NCBI GenBank assembly: GCA_040954595.2
Contig: CM082583.2
Coordinates: forward strand, 13,552,391 to 13,616,390
Source of the DNA: Balanoglossus misakiensis
Lineage: Eukaryota; Animalia; Hemichordata
Direction of reading: 5' to 3'
Length of the DNA stretch: 64,000 nt
The notes under the pieces are model-generated. The model made no database searches, was not told the DNA's origin, and saw only the letters and a list, made by a program, of their open reading frames with translations. The position numbers were made by a program, and so were the translations under genes. Shown piece after piece: positions 12,701 through 23,606 of this stretch. The first letter of the stretch is position 1. Each line of letters starts with the position of its first letter.

Positions 12701-13991
12701 CAGGCAGTTTGTAAAGAAACACGATTGACAACATCATGAAGTCTCTTGTACAAATCTAGAATCTATCATAAGACAACAGCATTCAAATTTGTGAAGACTA
12801 TGTCCCCTTCATTTTTCAGCATCAACGATGCCAATAGTCGCCCAAAAGCTGAGCGTGTCAAGCGTAAAATACCTGAATCCAATATGTATGATAATTTTGA
12901 TAATGCTGATAGTGGGTATACAACTACTCCTTCACCAGGTAAGATGACCTATGACCCCATGGCCATTAGTCTAGAATCTATCCGTTCGTAGTCGCATTCA
13001 CCCTACTACCGTCTAGGAACGCAGAACCAAAATCTAGTAAGGCCATAAAAATGGTAATTTGAATGTGAATAGTCTCCAACTAAGCAGTCTGACGTCAGAG
13101 AAGTCAATCACTTACGTTGACCGACTAGTGATTGGCCGTGAGGTGATGACGTTGAATGTTAATTATGTTTACAATGTAGCTCCGCCCCGAATGATACATA
13201 ATCATGATCACGTGGTGACGCTTGACGTCAGATTGCTCAGTTGGAGACTATTCACATTCAAATTACCATTTTTATGGCCTTACTAGATTTTGGTTCTGCG
13301 TTCCTAGACGGTAGTAGGGTGAATGCGACTACGAACGGATAGATTCTAGACTACATGGCCATATTCTAAGACCTTTCTATGTATTTTCTCAAATCTCCAG
13401 AAGATACATCCTCATGATCAAATCATGAAATAATTAAAGCTTTTTGTGGAGAGTTCTATGGGAAAGGTAATGGTTTGAAATTGGTTGTGTTGTACAAACC
13501 TGACTGCTTTTGTACATTCATTGTATGTTGATGACAACTGTTCTGTAGTGAAACTAATAATAGAGCATGGAAAATATCTGAAAAGATCCTTTTACTGTGA
13601 TTATAGACATGACACATGACAATCTGTATAATCAGCAATATAGACGAGCTAGTTTACATCCTAAGTCATTTCATTCAGTAATTAGTGACTTGTTTGTTTG
13701 AGGATGACTTCAGTGACATTGTATGTCTGTCACATGCCATGAACAACACTGTATCTGCCTCAATATAAATGATTTGGTCTTGCTGCTGTTGTAGGTACCT
13801 CATCAAAGGAACCATGCTGCAGAGCCTTGTATGACTTTGAACCTGAAAATGAAGGTGAGCTGGAATTCTCAGAAGGTGACATTATCACGCTTACAAACCG
13901 AATCGATGAAAACTGGCTGGAAGGAACAGTCCGTGGAAAGAGTGGTTATTTCCCAACAAATTACGTCGAAGTCATAGTGGATGTCCCATAA
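724..13991 (+). CDS. SH3GL: Endophilin-A (N-BAR + SH3), SH3GL1/2/3 orthologue
   Basis: Constitutive exons, GT-AG and phase-consistent: 724-768 ([15 protein letters not shown], helix H0), 3019-3087, 4229-4301 (..EFLQPNP), 4685-4828, 4992-5125, 5564-5630 ([22 protein letters not shown]), 11190-11290, 11532-11635, 12820-12938, 13795-13991 (SH3: [49 protein letters not shown]). Confidence 0.96.
6299..6313 (+). CDS. Candidate 15-nt endophilin microexon (adds GPSGA)
   Basis: tttaacag|GACCTAGTGGTGCCG|gtaaat. Phase 1/1 matches the host intron. About 135 nt upstream contain no AG, with a distal pyrimidine tract and TGC. TGCATG lies at 6401. Confidence 0.75.
7836..7838 (+). CDS. Candidate 3-nt endophilin microexon (adds one Gly)
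   Basis: gctctgacag|GAG|gtaatt, preceded by an actaac branch-like motif, a long pyrimidine tract and three TGC motifs. Confidence 0.65.
9552..9557 (+). CDS. Candidate 3/6-nt endophilin microexon (NAGNAG acceptor; adds Gly or Ala-Gly)
   Basis: ctaaaaag|CAG|GAG|gtaaat, with a cctaac branch-like motif at 9483 and a long AG-free pyrimidine tract. Flanks resemble those of the 7836 cassette. Confidence 0.65.
11768..12589. mobile_element. Non-autonomous TIR DNA transposon, 822 bp, 32-bp perfect TIRs (CAC...GTG), 7-bp TSD; possibly P/Galileo-type
   Basis: cacggttactagaagaagacggttaggaaact at 11768-11799 has its exact reverse complement at 12558-12589. Direct repeat ggtatgt at 11761-11767 and 12590-12596. 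Located in the endophilin intron after exon 11532-11635. Confidence 0.9.
12967..13353. mobile_element. MITE, 387 bp, ~130-bp TIRs (TAG...CTA), 9-bp TSD; MULE- or AcademH-type
   Basis: 12967-13097 is the reverse complement of ~13223-13353 with 2 mismatches. TSD catggccat at 12958-12966 and 13354-13362. Confidence 0.9.
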
Positions 13992-16900
13992 ATAATGATA
14001 AGCCTACAATCTCCCCAACACACCGTTACGTTTGCATGGAACAAAAAGTATAGTTTTAGAAACATTTCTCTGATATTTGTATGTCTTGATATTTTTAGTG
14101 AGTGTGACATGCAGATGATTCAATATTTTTTTCAATGAAATTGCATTTCACACACAAAAAAAACATTTCAATATAGAGTTGGAATTTTTTTAAAAACATT
14201 GTTTCAGACAAGATAATGAAATACAAAATTTAACATAATATTCTGTCTTTCTTCCTTGAAAACCTCATTACCCTACCCTCTTACTACAATATGTATGTGT
14301 TTTCTATTTCAATGATAAAATGTTGGGTGTATACGTAAGAGTCAGAATACAGCCAAAGAGCAAAAAGTCTTCAGATTGATTTTTTTTTTCAAGCAGTATC
14401 CTTTGGAACAATGAAAATAAACTTATTATAATCTTTCTTTTAAGGCATTTTCAAGTAAAACTTAGCTGGGCTTAACATAACCAATGGAAAATGTGTATAT
14501 ATAAAGTATTATTGTCAAAAATAAATTTTAACTAACCCTGGTAATGTGTGGTCACCGAGACTTCAAGTAATTTGTCTGCAATGCCTCTGACTTAGAAAGC
14601 TCTCAGATCACATAAATACGCACCTTACTAATGTCACATCATAGAATGTGTTGTTTTGCATTCAGCTTTACAATCTAGAAAAAGGTTAGCTAAGAAATAC
14701 AGATTATATTTTATTAGATGTAGATATAAGAGTTTATTTGTTTTCTGAGTGACTTATAATATGTGAAAATATCAGATTAAAAGAAATTGCAGGCAACTTG
14801 CTAGTTTTAAATCCCTCTTAAGATTGCTGTTTTGTTGTGATTTAATGTTTTTATAGTTTAATGGATCACTCAGAAAATGAAGGCAGTGTAGGAAATATAT
14901 TCTGCTTTCGAGACAATACATCTGAAGCAGAAAGATGTACATCATTATCCGGAAAATTGACAGTATAATGTAAACACGGACGCAATACTGTCTTTGTTTT
15001 ATTTGAATACAATAAGATTTCCATTTCTCAGTTTTGGCATTAATATGGTATTGTGCAAATATGTGGCACACACTGAGGGAAGTGCAACCAATATGTACAT
15101 GTGTACATTTCATTTTTTGATTGACACATCTGTTCTAATCATTCCAATCATTATCAATTTTTTTGGAATTACAATAAACACCCATTTCCCCCCTTGTCTA
15201 CTCAACTTTTGTTGATTTCTTTCAGTTTTTCCATGCAAAATAGTGTTAGCATTAATTTTTATATGTGTTCTTAGTATATAACATACAATTTGGATTGAGG
15301 AAATTCTGGTTTAGCCATGATTGTATGTGCAGGTCTTCCTGCCGAGTAAGTCTTTCATTTTGACACAATTGGATTATAAATAACACATGCTATATTATTT
15401 TTGTCTTTTATGGACAGTAACTATTGTAATAGGAGTTTGATACATTGGTATCACAATATATCATTTAGAAGTTTGATATACTGATGTGAAATTAAGTCTA
15501 CATCTGCATTATTTCCACATTGTTGTGATATCTGGTGTCAATCACATTCTTACTGCCTTTTAAGTTTCTGTCATTCTTTCATCTGATTTTGTATTTCAAA
15601 AATTGAACAATTTTCTTGTTTAGAAATGAATATATATAACAGCAAGCATGCATTGTATCAAATCTTTCATCTTCTGCTTTCCAGAATAGTTTTTGTTTCG
15701 TCAAATTTTGGATGTAATTTAAGAACAGTTGTGTTTCTTTACTGTGTGATGTCAACGTCATGATGTAGTTCAAGTTGTGTCGTAATATTTCCATAACATA
15801 GCAGCTGCTTGTTGTCGAACGGAATATTCTGTAATATTTTATTTTGTATCATATTGACTGGAAAAGTTAACTTTACCATTCATTTAATGTGTAAAGATAA
15901 AAATATTTTTCAGTACAAGTATGTTGTATATCATAGCTTAATTTGCCTTCAAACCATGTTTGGCAATATAAAGTTGAGAGGGGATAACAGTATATTTCTA
16001 GATGAACTAATTTGCCAGCCGGATAAAAACCAAAATGGTTTGGGTGGAGTCAGTAATTGGCTTTCCAGCCATGTGATGTTTGTAACTTTGTGTAAATAAT
16101 TCATGACACCATAGATTGATTTCCTCTCCTCCACTTTCGTGGTTTACATCAATTTTGATTTTTTTGCACATGAAATTGTGAAACAATTGTACTTAAATCA
16201 TGGGCTTTTAATCCAGTTGAATGAATTTAGCTTGGTTTAGCTAGGTACATATAGCTTTGTGTTAATTGCCACTTCATATAGAACGCTAGTTTTCTAATAT
16301 AAGTACAATACAATTACATCCCAATTTTGGCGGCAGTGCAATGTCAGTATATTTGCAATATGTATATTATTATTAAACTTTATTATCCCTAAAATGAGAA
16401 ACATGTCTTGCAACAGCACAGACTTGAACCATTAAAAATATACAACAACGACAAAACAAGGGTGTTACATAACAGCTGGTAGATGCACTTTGTTTTTAAA
16501 GGATTTATGGTGGTGAAAGATCAATAAACATCTTGCAATCAATTTTTGGTTGTTATAAAAAACCAAGATTTGACAGAAAATAAATCTTGATGGTGTTATC
16601 ATAGCACTTCGAACTCTTCTCCATTTTGTGATGTGGACAAATAATTATACGTTGACATGACAGTCACCATTACACAAAGCAGTGCTGGAAGTAATGTTAA
16701 TCCTAAAATGTCTAACCTGGCCTTTTTGTGTAAAGTCTTGCCAAAATCTTTTACCTCTTGAAAAGACATATGAGCTTTTTTGACAAGCAATTTTTTGCTA
16801 TCTCAGGTAAAGACAATTGCTGGATCAAGAGGGGTTTCTGGTCATGTAGCATTGCAAAGCGCCCTCACAGTTAGAAGTGAGTATATCACACCCCAACAAA

Positions 16901-17429
16901 TGCTAACATAGAGATGTATATGCAGTAGCATTTTAACATCCAAGTAGCAAGTGTAGTATGAAATTTAAGGAGCAGGTTTCCTTTTCAAGTCAGTATATGA
17001 TAATTATTAATGCTGGAAATTATTCAAACATGTATGGTTAAGTTTGGTTACAAATAAAGATTTGTGTTCATGAGGATCAGCAAGTGATAGACTGCTTGTT
17101 TTTTTTTTCATGAATAATCCTCCATGAAACACCTCGATTGGAGGTAAAGCTGTATTCCACGGACAACGTTGCCGTGAAATGGTAATGCAGGTGGTGGTGT
17201 TTTGCAGCGATCAACAAGGACACTCATTTATGTCATGATCCAATATGGCGTGCAGTATAGTCAGCCATTTTATTTTATTTTTTCATATCTGGAACTTAGT
17301 TTTACAGAGTCAGACATGCCCAAACATGGAGTAAGAACAGTGTGCCGTGATCTAAATATATTCATTGATAACATTACATTGTAGTGTGACTGGGAGAACC
17401 CAGTACATGAAAAACTTGACGTGATCATC

Positions 17430-20400
17430 TCATACTGTAATCTGTCCTTTTAGCATGATAACTGCTTCACCAGCAATGTCAACGCGTCCATCATCATTGA
17501 CCTTGAGATGAAGGTCACCACCTCTCTTTGAAGCTTGACGAGCTGCAAAGGAAAACAAAACCCCATAATTTGATCATGAAACCTGTAGGCCAAATATCAA
17601 TCATGGATGATCAGTAGATGAAATATGTTGCTTTGTTGCATGACCTTCAAAGCAGAAAATGGAAGAGTCAGTGGTTTATAAGTTATTGGTGTTTCTTTTG
17701 GCCCTTTACACATTTTTCTGTTTGAATATTTTGGCAGCTGTTAATGTTATTCTAACAATTGTAAGTTTCCATTCTTACCATAAAGAGTTTTAGTCTGTAA
17801 TTGCTTTGACCAATAACTTGCTAGAACTGCATGAGCTGATCCTGAAAAAAAACAAAGTAAGACAAAAATATTGAACAAAATCTGGTGCACATAGGCGGCC
17901 AAATACTGAAACAAACATTCAGTAGATTCCCTAGGACAGTATTATTCAACAAATGCAGAACATATTTCATGTAAACTAAATAAACACACAATGGATGACC
18001 AATCAGGGAGTATTTTGTCTGGTTTTGGAAATTTTAACAATCAATGGGATACCCACACATAAATTGTATTTTCTCTATAAAGGTATGAACTAAACAACAC
18101 ATGTCATTTGTTACCTGTAACAGGATCTTCTGGCAAACCAAACCATGGACTGTATACACGTGACAAACAATCATAGCTTTGTTGGTTTGTGTTTTTGCTA
18201 CTCCCCTTCAAAGTCAAAATGACATCACTACAGTAATTGCCTTCTGGGTCCAAGTCTAACATGGCAGTTGTATTGGCAATATGCAACTCTAAAATCTCTC
18301 TATGAAAACAAAATTAATGTTCTGAGGAAAATCTAATATAATTTCATATACCAGTACATCAATTAGTGCCACAGACTGTACAATTGAATGGTTATTTATA
18401 CTAATTTGTACTTGTTTCATGTTTTTTTGTTTACTACATACTGCACAATCATCACTCTAACTCACCGGTGAATACCATGACACAGTCATTAACCCTTTCG
18501 ACCCTTCCCTTTTTGTTCAGGTCCAACTTCACCATAGAAAATAAAGAATGTAGACCAAACCATGGTGAGAAATTATAGCCTTTCATGCAGAGAGCTATAA
18601 ATACTTGCCGATGAAGAAAATCTTTAGTGTACCATCACTTGGTTCAAATTTTGTGCTTGTCTATCAAGAATGAACCTATTAAACTCCAAAACCATACATA
18701 CTTTTAACTTATGAAACATCTAGGAATAACCATTCAGTCACAGAATGTGTAACTTTTTTCTCTTAATTCTCTTCTCAATAATGGATGATCTGACTGCAGC
18801 AAACAAGACAGACCGTAATTGTCAACTGGTAACTGTCTCTTGATCTCGGCCAGTTTTTAAATATTCTGAATGCTTTCACAAGTTTTCACCCATGGCCAAT
18901 CAGATCAATTCATCATTGAAAAGGAGACAAGTTACAAAAAAACAAAAAAACAAACAATACCTGTAACTGGATCCTCATCAACACCATTCCAGGGACTAAA
19001 GAAGCGTGACATAAAATCATACACTTTTTCAGAGTCATCAACACACATGTTGTCATGACTACCTTTCAGAGCTGCAATGACATGTTCAACTGCATTGCCT
19101 TTAGGGTCAATACTGTACATCTTTTTAATGTTCGGCTTAAAGGCTTCAAAGTCAGATCTGGAAATATTAGAAACAGGTGGTTGAATATGATGTTGATGAA
19201 CAATGCATTTCTTCATCAAGAGTGGAAAATGTCAACATGTGATGAGAATCCAGCAACATGACAGATATGACTCCATAGTACAGTTCACCTGGTTGAACTG
19301 TATTATGATGTGGGATACATGGTACCTGAGTGTGGCGTGTCACTAGCAATGATTGCATGTCACCATCATGGATTGTATCCCCACGACAGAAGTCGCACAT
19401 TTGACTTGCAATGCCATAGACTGATACAGCTGTGTGCACACCTCTGTAACAACTCTTTGACTGTTGATCAATGTGGGACTTTCCTGTGTAAGCCACAATG
19501 AGGCCATAATTGTTGCCAATACAACATGTATACCAGTAATATTTACTACCTTTGGATCGAATCATCAAGTCTTATGATAAATGTTTTTGTTTCTTCTGAA
19601 TACTGCAAATCTTGAACAGGAAGATCCCCAACTGTAGCCTACAACACAAGAAGTTAAATCAGGTCATGTAGTTGTCTGCAATTGGAGCAAGATGACGGTG
19701 GACAACCATCTCATTAGTAATTCAACCCCACTTTGCTGACAGCGGAGATAAAATGACACTTTTACGATTACATGTACCGGGTGTCTGTATTTGGATAATG
19801 TAAGGAATGTGTTCTAGAAATAATGGTAATGTCAATCTAAAGTCAATCGTAGTATTCCTTGAAGAGTTCGTGGGAATTATTGAAGAGTTTAGATTCTCAA
19901 AGAAATTGACAAGTTACATGTACCTCAATTATTTCCTTGAAAGGTGTCACACTGCCATCCTGTCAATCAAGTTGACAAAAAAGTTAATTAATCGCTCCCT
20001 GGATGGACAGATTTCCTTACAAACAAAATCATTTTTCAGTCTTTGGTGGAACAAGGAACTTCTATCATGTATATGGAAATCATGAATATTGAGGAAACTC
20101 AGAAATGAACATTGCTTTATCATTATTATGCAAGGATCATGGACAAGAAATAAAAAAAAACACTTCTAAAGATCAGTTATGTACTATTTCCTCAAAACAA
20201 TGTTTCTTTGAAAAGCATATTTTTCATTGTCCATAAATGTATCTTTGTACTTTGGTTAAAACTATGGCATACTATAAATAATCTTGCCTGTTTTTTTGTG
20301 TCATATAAGGGGAAGTCTAGAGAAATCAAGTTTCCATGGTGACTGGCAAACACCTCTCCTCTCATCTTGGTTTGAAAGGTCAGTTTATCTGATGTATTTC

Positions 20401-23400
20401 CTGACATGAATTGGAAGCGAAAACAGAAAATGACATGTTATGATTAATGATGGAATAAAACCACATGAAAACTGTACAACCAGATTTCATGACCTTCATT
20501 GTTGAGTTAGTAGTGAGAATTCTTCATTGTAAAAGTAGGCACATGTTTTCAAAACCAACCAAAGAAGTTCAATTTTAAGCAAAACAAGCAGAATAAATGA
20601 CAGCATGTCCTCCATCTGGTACGCAAACCTTCATAGACCTAGTCTGTATTTCAAACTCTCACCAACTACATGGAAGAGTACAGCTGCTGATGCCAAAGTG
20701 GCATGTCCACATAATGGCACCTCATTAGTTGGAGTAAACCATCGAAGTTCAAATCTTGATGCTGAAACATGACAAAAAATCACATCAATTAGATGGCTAT
20801 TTTTAACACATTGTCTTACATGTATATACTAGTAACTTTCAGAAGCGCCTGAAATGAACAGAAAATCACGAAATAGTTAACTTTTGACTAATACCCTTGT
20901 AGTAGTTAGGATACATTTCCTATGATATTTTTAATCTAAATTCTGAGCTCTCATCTAACCCTGCGTACAGGTCTGTGTACGCAGAGCTAAGCTCTCATCA
21001 TGCTTCGTGTGATTTATTTAGTGACCTAAACAGTGGCTGCATTTACCAGTTTGACTTGATTCTCCTTCTTTCAAAGTTCTTACGTATGCAGTTTCAGAAA
21101 GATTCATCTCTGAAGCTATCTTCTGTTTCTCTTCATCATTCAAATCCTGTGATAGATAATCAAAACTTGATTTAGAACGATTAAGCGGATACATCCAAAC
21201 TGTCAATGCGCTAACTCTGGTTTCTTAAAGGGGAAATCCGCTGTAGCTGATTTCTAAATAATTTGGTAGCTTTGATATCTCTCTTTCAGAAAAAAACATA
21301 TTCGCCATGTATAGGTCGCGCGATTTTTTACAAAATCTAGGGAAAGTTGGCAGAATTTCCAATATGGCGTTTACTGTAATTTGAATCATGGGAAAAAAAG
21401 CGCCAGGACCAACTTCCGCCCACCTTGGTGAGGGTGATACCATTTTCCGATTGGTGTCACTGTGTCACAAGCTAAGCGTATTTGCTTATTTTTCATGGGT
21501 TATAGCTCATGAAAACTGTCAATAGATGACAAATTTTCGACTTTGCTGATGATTGTTTATTAACTGATGCAAAGAACAAACAATAGCTATGAAAATACGC
21601 CTAGTCTGTCGCCCAGTGACACCAATCGGAGAATGGTATCACCCACACCATGGTGGGCGGAAGTTGCTCCAGGCGCTTTTTTTCCCATGATTCAAATTAC
21701 AGTAAACGCCATATTGGAAATTCTGCCAACTTTCCCTAGATTTTGTAAAAAATCGCGCGACCTATACATGGCGAATATGTTTTTTTCTGAAAGAGAGACA
21801 TCAAAGCTACCAAATTATGTAGAAATCAGCTACAGCGGATTTCCCCTTTAAAAGAGTTTTTGGAAGAAAACCTCGACGTACGAAACGAATCTAGGAAAAC
21901 CTCCATTTCATCACGTGACGTCGTATTCAAATTTAGTAGTCTGGCTTTCGAATCTGCAGAGACAAGCGTGTTTTTTCGCTAGACTATTGGCAACGAACTG
22001 GTCGAGGGAGGATGCTAATGATGAACTAGGGAGCATAAGTCTGTATGTATATATATCGTATGACTAACGAGGCGATATCCATAATATCAACCGAGGACGA
22101 AGTCCGAGGTTGATATTATGGATGACGCCGAGGTAGTCATACGATATTTAACATACACAACGAGTGAATTCGGTGCAGGCCCCTCTACAAGTAAACACCC
22201 CTCAACCGACAATACAGTGTTTAAAAATCTTTTGTATAGACCCTAAGCGGTTGATATCAGCCTAACTTTCAAAATGGTATGGTCATACTTACGGAAAGTA
22301 TTTAATTATTCAGCGTTTTGCACCTGGGATGCATATATTACCTAGTTCAACCAATTATTGTTTATTATATTATACCAGTATATTGATGGTGTAAATCACG
22401 CTATTTGATTGGTCGAGACACGACACGTGACCGTGATATATTAGCCATATACCACAGTCATATATCATAGTTAAAGAAAATGCCTTTTTAAAATGTTTCA
22501 TGCAAAGTTTCAATATACTGGCATAATATAATAGCAATAAAACACCCCCAGCCATGGTATACCACTCGATTTTGACCAGTTCAACTCCATATACGCACTC
22601 GCTATCGCTCGTGCGTATATGTCGTGAACTGGTCAAAATCTCGTGGTATACCATGGCTGGGGGTGTTTTATTGCTTAAGTAATAAGCTCACACGCAATGT
22701 TTCTTCCAATTATATTGGCTGTGCATGTTTTACACATGCACAGTGGCATATATTATAATATAAATGCACGGCCACGAGGCACAATTTCTTTCTACCTGAA
22801 CGTGTCATAGTGGCAGCATGGCGCATGAGGTGTACGTGTATCCCGATTTTTCTGATATCTCTGATGAAGAGTTAATTGAAGCCTCACAAGCAGCAGAATA
22901 TTTGAACGAGCTTGGCTTCGAAAATATGGATATAGCAGTCAGCAGCATTCCTTCGGTGAGTCACGAATTCTTTTATTCATTCCGCCATTTTCACCTTTTT
23001 ATCGTGTACGTTGTCGTTGAACATGCACGTAAGAATGTATATTGAATCATTTTTTATTTCGTTAAAGGACATTCCCAGAAGGCGGTTTGCTGACCCAGTG
23101 TCGGATTCCTGCGTACAGGGGGTTGCAAAAATTCCATTCCCAAGAATACTCAACGCCGTAATATGTGGGCGCTACGGACTTTCAACGAATGGGCCATGGC
23201 CAGAAATGTTACATTTGTAGTTTTGTCTGCATTTTTATTTGGAGGTAGGTCGTGATATTGTCTCGAGGCGTAGCCGAGAGTCAATATCACGACCGTACCG
23301 CCAAATATTCATTTTCGAGGCATGATGGCTGAAATATCACGAGACGAAGTCGAGTGAAATTTCTGCTATCATGCCGAGAGTTCAATAGGTTGATATCACC

Positions 23401-23606
23401 CCACCCCAAAAATATCACCTCAAAATGAGGTTGCTCTCTAAAATATCAACCGCTAAATCTATTGTACTATCTGTGACGAGTTGTGTATTTAAAAAGTCCC
23501 TTACCTCGTTTTCAAGCAAACAAACTGCTGCAGGGTTTCCACTGAAAGGTTTATTGGTGAACGCATCAACCGTGTACAGAGGAAGAACTCTGCGACTTGC
23601 CATCAT
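17430..23606 (-). CDS. PBLD: Phenazine biosynthesis-like domain protein (PhzF/diaminopimelate-epimerase fold)
   Basis: Exons 23606-23505 ([17 protein letters not shown]), 21146-21047 (EMNLSETAY), 20761-20663 ([19 protein letters not shown]), 20400-20288 (GC donor), 19959-19924, 19638-19550, then 19157-18961 OR 18299-18115 (both end EDPVT), 17841-17779 ([11 protein letters not shown]), 17542-17430 ([17 protein letters not shown]). AATAAA on the minus strand near 17270-17279. Confidence 0.94.
18115..18299 (-). CDS. PBLD: PBLD duplicated exon 7b (alternative to 7a at 18961-19157)
   Basis: ttttcatag|A GAG ATT...GTT ACA G|gtaaca. 185 nt, phase 2 to 1 like exon 7a (197 nt). Encodes [63 protein letters not shown]. 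Confidence 0.85.
21229..21847. mobile_element. Foldback MITE, 619 bp, ~255-bp TIRs, TTAA TSD, AG...CT ends (Kolobok-type)
   Basis: TTAA|aggggaaatccgctgtagctga... and ...tcagctacagcggatttcccct|TTAA. The near-identical opposite-strand ORFs 21225-21443 and 21567-21851 in the track are the two arms. Confidence 0.9.
22042..23400 (+). mobile_element. Crypton-like (tyrosine recombinase/DUF3504-associated) degenerate or nested element with multiple hairpins
   Basis: ATG 22818-22955, an intron, then 23068 onward [21 protein letters not shown]. After a 1-nt frameshift in an A run it reads [26 protein letters not shown], resembling the N-terminal motif of CryptonA/ZMYM/KCTD1-type proteins. Long imperfect palindromes at 22042-22156, 22533-22675, 23241-23302 and 23319-23375. 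Boundaries are approximate. Confidence 0.65.

Noticed and set aside
21225-21851. Two nearly identical 72/94-aa ORFs on opposite strands
   Set aside because: They are the two arms of a foldback MITE, not duplicated genes.
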